64,000 nt of DNA from a virus. The notes under the pieces were generated by a model that saw only the letters and a list, made by a program, of their open reading frames with translations, was not told the origin of the DNA and made no database searches. Shown in pieces: positions 38,841-47,489 of this stretch. The stretch is from positions 32,001 to 96,000 of IMG/VR virus record IMGVR_UViG_3300026189_001009, one strand, 5' to 3'. Position 1 is the stretch's first letter, and each line of letters starts with the position of its first letter. A program made the translations under genes and the position numbers.

Positions 38841-39590
38841 ATGACAGTAAACACTTTCAGCATATTTGGAGTGCAAAGATCCGGCACTAATTTTTGTGAG
38901 ACACTCATTAATAATAATTTTGAAGATATATCAGATTTTAAGTATGTCTGGAAACATACTCCTGATGTTCACGAAGTGCAAAAAGTGTATGATAGATTAG
39001 ATATGAAAAATCATCTTCATATGGTAGTTGTAAAAAATCCGTATAAATGGGTAGAGAGTATAAAAAGAAATCCAGTTGATATAGCTGTTACAATCAAAGG
39101 AATGAAAGAAGTAAGTTCTTTGTCCAAAGCTGAAATTTTAAACTGTGATACTGAATTTCAATGGAGTGAGAAAAATTTACTAAGACCCAAGGAATGGTTT
39201 GTAAAAGATTTATCAATTCCACAGTTAATACATCTTTACAATAACTTTTACAGGAATTGGTTAGCAATGAAAAGCAAAATGAAATACTGGGGAATAGTGA
39301 GATATGAAGCATTGTTAAGCATAGAAAATTCAAGTAGCTTTTTAGGTAATATGTCTCATGCGTTTAAGTTAACGCCTAAGTTAGAAGATGATTGGAAGTA
39401 TCCATTGAAAGTACATATGAGCCCATCATGGGAAAATGTTAGAGCAGAAAAAACAAAAGACTACATTGATCAGCATATAATTAAGACACTGACAGATGAT
39501 CAGATACAAATTATACATGACAATTTAGATATCAAACTTATAGAAAAGTTAGGATATCAAACAATAAAGCCAAAAAGTATACTAAATTAG
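38841..39590 (+). CDS. Sulfotransferase-like P-loop protein
   Basis: GVQRSGTNF, WKH, KNPYKWVES, VRYE. Confidence 0.72.
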   Translation: MTVNTFSIFGVQRSGTNFCETLINNNFEDISDFKYVWKHTPDVHEVQKVYDRLDMKNHLHMVVVKNPYKWVESIKRNPVDIAVTIKGMKEVSSLSKAEILNCDTEFQWSEKNLLRPKEWFVKDLSIPQLIHLYNNFYRNWLAMKSKMKYWGIVRYEALLSIENSSSFLGNMSHAFKLTPKLEDDWKYPLKVHMSPSWENVRAEKTKDYIDQHIIKTLTDDQIQIIHDNLDIKLIEKLGYQTIKPKSILN

Positions 39591-39594
39591 CCAC

Positions 39595-39623
39595 TTGACA
39601 GATCCTGTTTGTTAGTATACTAT
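39595..39623 (+). promoter_or_regulatory. Sigma70-like promoter, probably leaderless
   Basis: TTGACA-17nt-TACTAT, then 6 nt to ATG 39630. Confidence 0.65.
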
Positions 39624-39629
39624 ATTACT

Positions 39630-39863
39630 ATGAGTGAATTTACACAAGGTATTTGGAATGCCATCAAAGATAAAATGGACGAAAGTCTATTACTGGCCAT
39701 TATATTTTTTATAGGACACATTATAATTGCAATGATAGTAGTAAGTGCTATCACAGGTGCAAGTATCTGGGAAGCCGGTGTAGTTGCGATTGTAGAACCT
39801 GCTATAAACTCTTTATGGTTTTACGTATTGCATAAGATATGGCGTAAAGTTAAAGACTCATAA
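39630..39863 (+). CDS. Small membrane protein (DUF2061-like)
   Basis: Hydrophobic; VEPAIN..WFYVLHKIW. Confidence 0.65.
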   Translation: MSEFTQGIWNAIKDKMDESLLLAIIFFIGHIIIAMIVVSAITGASIWEAGVVAIVEPAINSLWFYVLHKIWRKVKDS

Positions 39864-40320
39864 GGTACATCACAAAGCCTATGAGAATGGATACTCCTAC
39901 GGCCAAGCACAATATTACAGTAAAACATTCAATTATATTTCTTTTTATTTCTTTTATTCTATAAACTTCTCTATCTCGCTGAGCTTTTATTTTTCTACGC
40001 ATTTCTATCATTTCACTCCACGTATTTGGTCCATATCGAAAATTAAGTAATACTCTTAAATCTTTTTCCATTTCTTGTATCTTTTTTTCATGCATAAGCA
40101 AAGATAGTGCTTCTTCTTCTATACTTCCTCCAGCAAATACTTTTTTAAAGAGTGGCGGCTTACTATTGTATTCTCTTGCTTTCCTGATATCAGAAACAGC
40201 AGAATACCATTTACCGAGTTGACCTGTAACATTTTCTAAGTCCTGTCCTACAGAAACTGCTCGTTGTATAGTTTTAAATGTTGCTGTTGCCACACCTATG
40301 GCTGTGATTGGATCTAACAA
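39850..40320 (-). CDS. Hypothetical protein with C-terminal TM helix; the only convincing minus-strand gene
   Basis: GAGGA RBS and TAAATA (40355-40360) on the minus strand; no competing plus-strand ORF. Confidence 0.75.
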   Translation of the reverse strand: MLDPITAIGVATATFKTIQRAVSVGQDLENVTGQLGKWYSAVSDIRKAREYNSKPPLFKKVFAGGSIEEEALSLLMHEKKIQEMEKDLRVLLNFRYGPNTWSEMIEMRRKIKAQRDREVYRIKEIKRNIIECFTVILCLAVGVSILIGFVMYLMSL

Positions 40321-40362
40321 ATTCTCTGTCCTCTGATGAAATATAATATACTACTATTTAAA

Positions 40363-40391
40363 TTGACAACGTGTCAGTAAAAATGTATTAT
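40363..40391 (+). promoter_or_regulatory. Sigma70-like promoter for tRNA-Ala
   Basis: TTGACA-17nt-TATTAT. Confidence 0.7.
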
Positions 40392-40418
40392 ATTAAATAT
40401 AAAGACTTTTTCTCATGT

Positions 40419-40494
40419 GGGGGATTAGCTCAGCCGGGAGAGCGCCTGATTTGCATTCAGGAGGTCAGCGGTTCGATCCCGCTATCCTCCACCA
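40419..40494 (+). tRNA. tRNA-Ala(TGC)
   Basis: G3-U70 pair, CCTGA-TTTGCAT-TCAGG, CCA end. Confidence 0.96.
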
Positions 40495-40509
40495 CAAATA
40501 AATATCAAT

Positions 40510-41469
40510 ATGTTTAAAGGAAAATACAATCAAAGTCTGAGTCATCGTATGATGATAGGTGATACGTACAGAACATTGTCCTATCATAGAGCAATCAACC
40601 AACAGGTTAAACCCAACGACATAGTAGTTGACTTTGGTACAGGCAGTGGTATACTAGCACTAATGGCTCTTAGAGCAGGTGCTAAATTTGTTTACTGTGT
40701 TGAAAGAAAACAAGAAGCAAGAAAACTTGCTGAAATAATTTTAACAAAAAACGGATATACCAACTTTAAGATATTTGTCAATCAATATGAGTTGATGGAA
40801 AATGTTAAAAGTGTAGATGTAGTTATCAGCGAATCAGTCGGTGACCATCTGATTGAAAATATGAGCATGAGAATATTTTTAGACTTATGCAATCACTACA
40901 AACCAAGAACAACAATACCTGTACAACTCAGTTTGCACATCTACCCAGAAATAGCCACAAGAGCTAACGCAGGGCTGGAAGCTGTTGAAGACACTGTAGA
41001 TATTGATTTAAGTCCTATCAAAGATGCAGTACTAACAAATCCTTTGTTAGACACAGCTTACTTTGAAGGCAACAAAAATATAGACGACTATTGGCAAATA
41101 GAAAAATTCAATGAGCAACCAGATGCTGGACAAACAATAATTGATTACACAGTGTTTCCATTGAGTTTCAAAACTAATAAATTTACCGATGATGGGTATG
41201 TTAAATTTGAAACACAAGTAAATACAAAAGGTTTATCGGAGTATGGAGTGTTACTATACTGGATAGCTAAACTAACAGATGACATAGCAATTACTAATCA
41301 TCCTAGTAGACAAGCTAACATGAATCATAGTTACTATCAAAGGATAATAAACATACATAATCCTGATAAAGAAAAGATTAACACTATACAAATAATATTG
41401 GATACAGATTTTGATGATGAAGTAAATGAGGATTTACCATGCCAGAATTTAAAAATAAAAGTAAAATAA
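40510..41469 (+). CDS. Protein arginine methyltransferase-like (PRMT-like) enzyme
   Basis: D..R...Y..AI, VVDFGTGSGIL, AGAKFVYCVE, double-E-like loop ISESVG...IE. Confidence 0.75.
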   Translation: MFKGKYNQSLSHRMMIGDTYRTLSYHRAINQQVKPNDIVVDFGTGSGILALMALRAGAKFVYCVERKQEARKLAEIILTKNGYTNFKIFVNQYELMENVKSVDVVISESVGDHLIENMSMRIFLDLCNHYKPRTTIPVQLSLHIYPEIATRANAGLEAVEDTVDIDLSPIKDAVLTNPLLDTAYFEGNKNIDDYWQIEKFNEQPDAGQTIIDYTVFPLSFKTNKFTDDGYVKFETQVNTKGLSEYGVLLYWIAKLTDDIAITNHPSRQANMNHSYYQRIINIHNPDKEKINTIQIILDTDFDDEVNEDLPCQNLKIKVK

Positions 41470-42428
41470 ACGCCTACTCAGAAAACATAATACCAACCAC
41501 CGCTGTTGACGATTTTCTTGATAAAAACACAGTTGATAGAATACTAACTTACTACAATGACATAGACAACGTATTGTCTGAAATTATGCGTACTCCAGTT
41601 AGAATATCTGAATTGGACTTTTATCCACCATCAGATGAATTAGACTTGCAGTTCATGAGATACGATAATGTGTATGATGAATTCAAGCCCCAGAGTTGGG
41701 AATACAAAGAAGCAATGAGTAAAGTAGACAAAACCGTAATGGAAGAATTACCAGAAATAATAATGTCAGGATTAGAAAAATTAGGATTTAAGCATTTAAA
41801 ATTTAGACAGATGGCTTTGCATAACCTAGACAGTTTTCTACCTGTACACTGTGATGGCAACAACATCAAAGACAGAAACAAAGGAAGACCAATTCCTACA
41901 CAACGATCTGACTGGATGCCTCAAAAAATATTAGACAATCCACAAAAATCTGTTTGTGCTTTCCAAGGCATGATCACGTTGCACACCGATGACGTTTATG
42001 GCACAGCAGTTTTTGATCAGTGGTTTCCATGGAGTGTTTATTATATGCCTAACTTTACAACAGCTACAACACCTAGGCCTAAAAAAAATAGAATGGCTTT
42101 CCTACAGGGCGACAGCACAGAAAGATTTGACGAACACATTAGAAATCATACTGGACAGAAGTTTCCTGAAGAACAGTTTAAGCAAATGCAAGATCTAATC
42201 AAACGCATGAAAGTAACTGAAGCAGAAGGTCATATGCCGTTGTTAGAACAGCTCAAGATAGAAGGGTTTGAAGGACTGAGCTTAGAAACAATTGCAGACT
42301 TCGGCGATCCTGGAAAATTAAACCTGTGGGACAATAAAAAATTTCATATGACAATGCCATGGATTCCTAGATATGAAACCAGCAGAAAGCTCATACAGTT
42401 CGAAACAGCATATAAATGGTACGAATAA
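41439..42428 (+). CDS. Putative 2OG-Fe(II) oxygenase-like protein
   Basis: PVHCD...WDNKKFH...RKLIQF. Confidence 0.5.
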   Translation: MPEFKNKSKINAYSENIIPTTAVDDFLDKNTVDRILTYYNDIDNVLSEIMRTPVRISELDFYPPSDELDLQFMRYDNVYDEFKPQSWEYKEAMSKVDKTVMEELPEIIMSGLEKLGFKHLKFRQMALHNLDSFLPVHCDGNNIKDRNKGRPIPTQRSDWMPQKILDNPQKSVCAFQGMITLHTDDVYGTAVFDQWFPWSVYYMPNFTTATTPRPKKNRMAFLQGDSTERFDEHIRNHTGQKFPEEQFKQMQDLIKRMKVTEAEGHMPLLEQLKIEGFEGLSLETIADFGDPGKLNLWDNKKFHMTMPWIPRYETSRKLIQFETAYKWYE

Positions 42429-42522
42429 GCTCGTCCTAGTTGCAGTTAAGACTTATTATTAATAAATGCAGTTTTAATTTCATTAACCAATGTTTTAAAT
42501 AAACATAAGGACAAGCCAACAT

Positions 42523-43428
42523 ATGATGAATATAAAAACTAATATTACAAAACACTTCTCGCAATTTGGTGTGGTGTTCTTCTGTTTGTTTATGTTTGCG
42601 ACTATGGCACTTACTACTAGTATCTACGCAGATGTAACAAACTCAGGAGCAACTACAAATACACAGACAAACCAATCAGGATCAAATACTACTATTTCAG
42701 GTGGTTATGCATCTGAGAGTACAACTACATACCAGTCAGGATCGTCAAGCAACACGACAGCAACCACAACATCAACTACAAATAATAATTCAACAATACC
42801 AGTCCCCTCCGCAGGTGCTCCTTCAATGAGTGCTTATTCACAAGATGTTTGTGCAGTTGGTAGATCAGGTGGACTACAATTACCAGGCGTAGGTCTATCA
42901 GGTGGTAGTACAGCAAGAGATATGAACTGTGAAAGAATGAAACTGTCAAAACTTTTAAACGATTATGGTATGAAGGTAGCCGCAGTTGCAATTCTTTGTC
43001 AAGATCAACGTGTGTTTGAGGCCATGGAACAGGCCGGAACACCTTGTCCTTTCGAAGGTAAAATTGGTAAAGACGCTAAAGCACAATGGAGCAAGTATGA
43101 CATTGAAAGACCAGACTACGACAAGTATGTTGAAAAAATGGAAGAGCGTTTAGAGATTGATGAGCGTATTATGAAAGAAGAAGGCATACTTGAAGAAAAT
43201 GAAACTTTGAAAACTAACATCAAAGACGTTGCCAAAGAAAATAAAAACCTTGAAAAAGAAATTAAAAAGCTACAAGAAATGCAAATTGAACTGTTAAAGA
43301 AAACAGAAGAAGAAATTAGCAAAGTAGAAACTGTAACAACTGAACCAGTTGTTATCGAAGAGTTACCACCTTTACATCATGAAAAGGACGGTCTGGAGGT
43401 AACTGATGGAAAAAAGTCCCAGGAATAA
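42523..43428 (+). CDS. Exported Cys-containing coiled-coil protein; a -1 frameshift would extend it to 43490
   Basis: Signal peptide, S/T-rich linker, QDVC..NCERMKL..LCQD..GTPCP, coiled coil. Confidence 0.8.
   Translation: MMNIKTNITKHFSQFGVVFFCLFMFATMALTTSIYADVTNSGATTNTQTNQSGSNTTISGGYASESTTTYQSGSSSNTTATTTSTTNNNSTIPVPSAGAPSMSAYSQDVCAVGRSGGLQLPGVGLSGGSTARDMNCERMKLSKLLNDYGMKVAAVAILCQDQRVFEAMEQAGTPCPFEGKIGKDAKAQWSKYDIERPDYDKYVEKMEERLEIDERIMKEEGILEENETLKTNIKDVAKENKNLEKEIKKLQEMQIELLKKTEEEISKVETVTTEPVVIEELPPLHHEKDGLEVTDGKKSQE
43395..43416 (+). other. Candidate programmed -1 ribosomal frameshift signal
   Basis: GGAGG (43395-99), 10-nt spacer, then in-phase A_AAA_AAG (43410-16). Confidence 0.65.
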
Positions 43429-43493
43429 TAAAATACACTAGACCCCTCCTTATGATTGCGGGTCTTCTCTTATTTGGAATAGGAATGTAATTT

Positions 43494-45503
43494 ATGTTAT
43501 CTAAACATATAGTTCGTTCGTTCTTATTTGCATTGGCATTAACAGCCACAACAGCATTTATACAAAACACAGACGTTTATGCAAATCCTACATCAGTAAC
43601 AACCTGTACAGAGAACGCACTTGGCGATCAAACTTGTACAACAGTAACTACCACAACCACGACTACCAACACCCCAGGAACAACTACAGGAAACGTTTTA
43701 TCTAATTCAACATTTGGAACAGGCACAGATCCTAATGAAACAACCACTACGACTGGTTGGAGCGGTGATGGGCATTTACATACTCACCAAATGTTTGGCC
43801 AAAACATGGGTAATCCACAAAGTGGACAAGACATCACAGGTGGTGTTTATGCTTTTGAAGGTGACCCGTCAGATAACGTTTATCAAGATACAGATTTAGT
43901 AGGTGACGGACATTTAACAAAGTCACAAATAAATGAGGGATTTACTTCCACTCAATCAGCAGACATATGGTTTTGGAATAGTCTTAAAAATACTTTAACA
44001 ATAAAACAGACTATCACGGACAGTGATGGCAACGTAACAACTCAAACAAGAGTTATTGTGGACCACGATCCAACTAGAAGCATGAACGGTGGTTCATGGA
44101 GCAACGAAACAAATGTGTACACACACTCATCAAACACAGCCGATGATATCACAATCAGAGCTGAAATGTATAATGAAACAGATGGGACTAGGTATGATCA
44201 CAGTCACTATGGACCAGATGTTGATAACTTTGAGTTATCTATTACCACAGCAGGCGGCACTAGCACTAGTTCAAGTTCAACATCATCAACAGTGGTGACT
44301 CTTTGTGCAGATAGAAATCCGCCAACGTGTACAACAGCTAGTGATGATATTGATGAAGCCACACAACCAATCACAGGTGATGACGGACAATCAATTGATC
44401 AGTCAATCGAAACCATAATTGAAAATGAAGTTATTGATGTTGATGTAAATCCTGTAGTTGAACAAGAAATTTATGTTGTACAAACAGTAATAGAAGTTGA
44501 AGATGATTTTGGTGTAACTGAAGAGCTTACCATACAAGAATTTGTTCAAGACACATTCACAGATATGTTAGAAGAAAATGGATTAGAAGAAGAATTTCAA
44601 GATGCATTAGGTGAAGAAGGTATCACAGAAGAAGAATTTTTTGAAGAACTTGCAAACGAGATGGAAAACGAATTTGCAGAAAGTGGTATGGAAAGTTTCA
44701 CTGATACAAATACAGATGCTTTACCGCCAATAGAAGAAGATACAGCAGTAGAAGAACCAACAGAAAATACAGAAGTTGAAACAGAAACAGTAGTAGAAGA
44801 AACACCTACAGAATCAGAAACAGTAAATACCAGTGATGAAGCAGTAGAGTCAGAAACAGAAACAACTGAAACAAATACTGAACCAGAAAGTACAGAAAGT
44901 GAAACAGATACATCTAGTGAAACATCAGAAGCTGGTAACGAAGAGACAACTACCGAAACCCAAAGCCAAGAGGGTGACACCGAGTCTGAGGAAACAACAT
45001 CAGAGAGCTCTACTGAACAAGAAGAGTCCAGTGGTAATGTGGAGGAGTCAGTGGAGGACGGTGAATCGAACACCGGCGATGAAGAAGCAGGAAATACAGA
45101 CGCGAGTGTTGACGGAGAAGTAGATTCAGAAGTTGGTGAAATTACTAAAAAAGTTGAAAAGATTATTAAAAAATTAACAGCAAAATTAAAAAATCTTGAT
45201 CAAAAATTAAAAGTCATATCAATGGTAACTCAACAAGCAATGATAAATGATCAACCAGATATGTCAGAATATACACAAACACAGTTTTATGACACAAGAA
45301 CAATACCAGATAATCCAGACTGGTATGCAGAAGATACTATATTAAATGCTTATAGTAGATCCATTTACCAAGATAAAACATTAGTAGCTTACCAAAGGAA
45401 TGATCCTATGTTTAAGTATAATGAAGCGGTAAATAAAGTAAACAACACAATCAGCCGATTAGAGGCTGAACTTGAGGTATTAAAAAATGAAAATAATAGA
45501 TAA
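43494..45503 (+). CDS. Large exported protein with a very acidic E/T/S low-complexity region
   Basis: Signal peptide ending VYA, beta-rich domain, acidic tract, C-terminal coiled coil. Confidence 0.8.
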   Translation: MLSKHIVRSFLFALALTATTAFIQNTDVYANPTSVTTCTENALGDQTCTTVTTTTTTTNTPGTTTGNVLSNSTFGTGTDPNETTTTTGWSGDGHLHTHQMFGQNMGNPQSGQDITGGVYAFEGDPSDNVYQDTDLVGDGHLTKSQINEGFTSTQSADIWFWNSLKNTLTIKQTITDSDGNVTTQTRVIVDHDPTRSMNGGSWSNETNVYTHSSNTADDITIRAEMYNETDGTRYDHSHYGPDVDNFELSITTAGGTSTSSSSTSSTVVTLCADRNPPTCTTASDDIDEATQPITGDDGQSIDQSIETIIENEVIDVDVNPVVEQEIYVVQTVIEVEDDFGVTEELTIQEFVQDTFTDMLEENGLEEEFQDALGEEGITEEEFFEELANEMENEFAESGMESFTDTNTDALPPIEEDTAVEEPTENTEVETETVVEETPTESETVNTSDEAVESETETTETNTEPESTESETDTSSETSEAGNEETTTETQSQEGDTESEETTSESSTEQEESSGNVEESVEDGESNTGDEEAGNTDASVDGEVDSEVGEITKKVEKIIKKLTAKLKNLDQKLKVISMVTQQAMINDQPDMSEYTQTQFYDTRTIPDNPDWYAEDTILNAYSRSIYQDKTLVAYQRNDPMFKYNEAVNKVNNTISRLEAELEVLKNENNR

Positions 45504-45882
45504 ACTTACAACTTATGCATCTTTAATTGGCGTGATAGGCGCTATTGGTGGAGGCTTCTATGCTTGGGGTGAGTTCAACACAAGATTATCAGCAATTGAA
45601 AACAAAGACTTTGTTGTTAATGAAACAGTTGATCTTACTGGTGTAAACGATAAAATCGCAAATATCAGAGTAGAAGTAATTGATAGAATCAAAATAATTG
45701 AAGATAAAATGAGTTCAGAATCAGATCAAGGTATAAATGAACTTTGGGCAGACGTAGAAGAACTATGGGCAGAAATGGCTGAAGCACAAAAAGATATCGC
45801 GATCGTAGAAAAAGAAAACGAACTACAAGACTCTAAAATTGAAGCAATAAGATTAAAAGCTACTAATCCACTTGCAAACTAA
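45487..45882 (+). CDS. Membrane-anchored coiled-coil protein
   Basis: N-terminal TM (IGVIGAIGGGFYAWG); ends NPLAN. Confidence 0.75.
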   Translation: MKIIDKLTTYASLIGVIGAIGGGFYAWGEFNTRLSAIENKDFVVNETVDLTGVNDKIANIRVEVIDRIKIIEDKMSSESDQGINELWADVEELWAEMAEAQKDIAIVEKENELQDSKIEAIRLKATNPLAN

Positions 45883-45890
45883 TTTGTTGC

Positions 45891-45919
45891 TTGACTAATA
45901 TTACTATATGTTATAGTAT
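45891..45919 (+). promoter_or_regulatory. Sigma70-like promoter for tRNA-Gly
   Basis: TTGACT-17nt-TAGTAT. Confidence 0.6.
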
Positions 45920-45929
45920 TAGATATTAG

Positions 45930-46004
45930 GCGGGTGTAGCTCAGTGGTAGAGCGTCTCGTTGCCAACGAGAAGGTCATGGGTTCGAACCCCATTACCCGC
46001 TCCA
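45930..46004 (+). tRNA. tRNA-Gly(GCC)
   Basis: GCGGGTG/TACCCGC acceptor, TCTCG-TTGCCAA-CGAGA, U73 plus CCA. Confidence 0.96.
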
Positions 46005-46022
46005 ATAATAAGAAAGAATAAA

Positions 46023-46775
46023 ATGGATATAACAAAAAAAATAGAGCAGTTCAGAAAAATGACAGCTGGTGAAGTTTACAGTGAACCAGATAGTAGTATG
46101 CATCAACAATTAATTGATCAAATTATTCCTACAATCTTTAACAGAGTAGATGGCCCTCAGCCAGGCGAAAAATTAGTTGACATTGGATGTGGTCCTGGAC
46201 TCGTATTAGATAAACTTGTTGAACTAGGATTAAACAAAGAAGACCTAGTTGGAGTTACAATGGGTGAAGATGATTTACATAGAACTAAAGAAAAAGGTTA
46301 CGAGTGTTACAACTATGATATGTCTTTTACTGAATTTGAAGATAACTCTTTTGATTACGGTGTCGTGCGACATTGTTTAGAACACTCTACATGGCCATAT
46401 CTAACTTTAATGGAGTTCAATAGAATTATGAAATTAGGCGGTAGAATGTATATTGAAATGCCTGCTCCAGGCGGTGATAGAAAATTAGAGCATTGGCAAA
46501 ACCATTATAGTATTATGAACCAAACACAATGGGGAAGTTTAATGCTTAGATCTGGTTTTGCATATCAGAGCAATACATTTCCACTTGAAATGACCCAAGG
46601 TGAAGGAGAGAATGCAAAGCAAATGAAAGAACCTTTGCACTGGTACGTGATGACTAAACTTGCAGATAGGCAAGATTTTGCTCCTGCTGATTCTTCAAAA
46701 ATGGAAGATTTAACCAAATTAGCTCGAAAACATGACTTGGAATTCCAAGAGAAGTTGAAGGTTGACAAATCATAG
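46023..46775 (+). CDS. Class I SAM-dependent methyltransferase
   Basis: VDIGCGPG, FEDNSFD, RHCLEH; start corrected to lie downstream of the tRNA. Confidence 0.88.
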   Translation: MDITKKIEQFRKMTAGEVYSEPDSSMHQQLIDQIIPTIFNRVDGPQPGEKLVDIGCGPGLVLDKLVELGLNKEDLVGVTMGEDDLHRTKEKGYECYNYDMSFTEFEDNSFDYGVVRHCLEHSTWPYLTLMEFNRIMKLGGRMYIEMPAPGGDRKLEHWQNHYSIMNQTQWGSLMLRSGFAYQSNTFPLEMTQGEGENAKQMKEPLHWYVMTKLADRQDFAPADSSKMEDLTKLARKHDLEFQEKLKVDKS

Positions 46776-46789
46776 TTTTATGCTAATAT
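46762..46789 (+). promoter_or_regulatory. Sigma70-like promoter, probably leaderless
   Basis: TTGACA-16nt-TAATAT with TGn extension, then 6 nt to ATG 46796. Confidence 0.65.
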
Positions 46790-46795
46790 AAGATT

Positions 46796-47233
46796 ATGAC
46801 GATGCATCTTGAACGTGGATTAACCACACTGAACACCAAACGAAAAAAGACTAAAAGAAAATCTGATGCTTTCTACGTAGATGGATGGCGTGAGCAAAAT
46901 AAGTTCTGTAAAAAACACAAACTACCGACAATGGAACTTTCAGAGTATATTGATTATGTACATGGCAAATGGAAACCAAAGAGTAAGCCACAACCTGCAC
47001 CAATGTTAATGTCTACCGATACTAAAGTTATACAAGAAGCTACAACAAGACAAACTACATTGCCCGAACCAAAATTAAGTAATAGAATTACTAGAGGAGG
47101 CACACGTAATTGGAAAGAACAACAAGAAAGACTTGAAGTCAGTAAGCAGTATTCGATTGTACCAGCATACAACAAAGGTCCGTATATGGTAGTAGCAAAA
47201 GAAGATCTAAAAACAGCAGGTAAAAAAGTATAA
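46796..47233 (+). CDS. Hypothetical phage protein
   Basis: MTMHL...PAYNKGPY. Confidence 0.7.
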   Translation: MTMHLERGLTTLNTKRKKTKRKSDAFYVDGWREQNKFCKKHKLPTMELSEYIDYVHGKWKPKSKPQPAPMLMSTDTKVIQEATTRQTTLPEPKLSNRITRGGTRNWKEQQERLEVSKQYSIVPAYNKGPYMVVAKEDLKTAGKKV

Positions 47234-47300
47234 TGTTTTTATTCATTTTTTGGTCTATTGTTATTGCAATATCTTTTTTATTAGGAGTTTACGTTTGGTA

Positions 47301-47489
47301 ATGGAAGAAGAAGTTTTTTATAAAATGGAAATTACAAAACAAGATATGTCTTGTGTGATATATCATAGAGATGATACGTATAAAAAGTTTAAAGAATTTG
47401 TAGATGCATTATATAAGTTTGCAAAAGTAGATGCAGTTGAATTAGAGTTAATAACAAAGGAAGAATATTATAAACATGAATTTGTCTAA
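47301..47489 (+). CDS. Hypothetical protein
   Basis: ATG follows the stop of a 22-aa hydrophobic ORF starting at 47233. Confidence 0.5.
   Translation: MEEEVFYKMEITKQDMSCVIYHRDDTYKKFKEFVDALYKFAKVDAVELELITKEEYYKHEFV

Noticed and set aside
43406-43441. 11-aa ORF MEKSPRNNKIH downstream of GGAGG
   Set aside because: It is featureless and leaves the hydrophobic -1 frame unexplained; the frameshift model fits better, though this ORF cannot be excluded.
44700-45130. Repetitive GAAACA/GAA-rich DNA as a possible array or CRISPR
   Set aside because: It is low-complexity E/T/S coding sequence with no fixed repeat-spacer period; no cas genes were seen.
45960-46022. N-terminal extension of the methyltransferase ORF
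   Set aside because: It overlaps tRNA-Gly; ATG 46023 is the sensible start.
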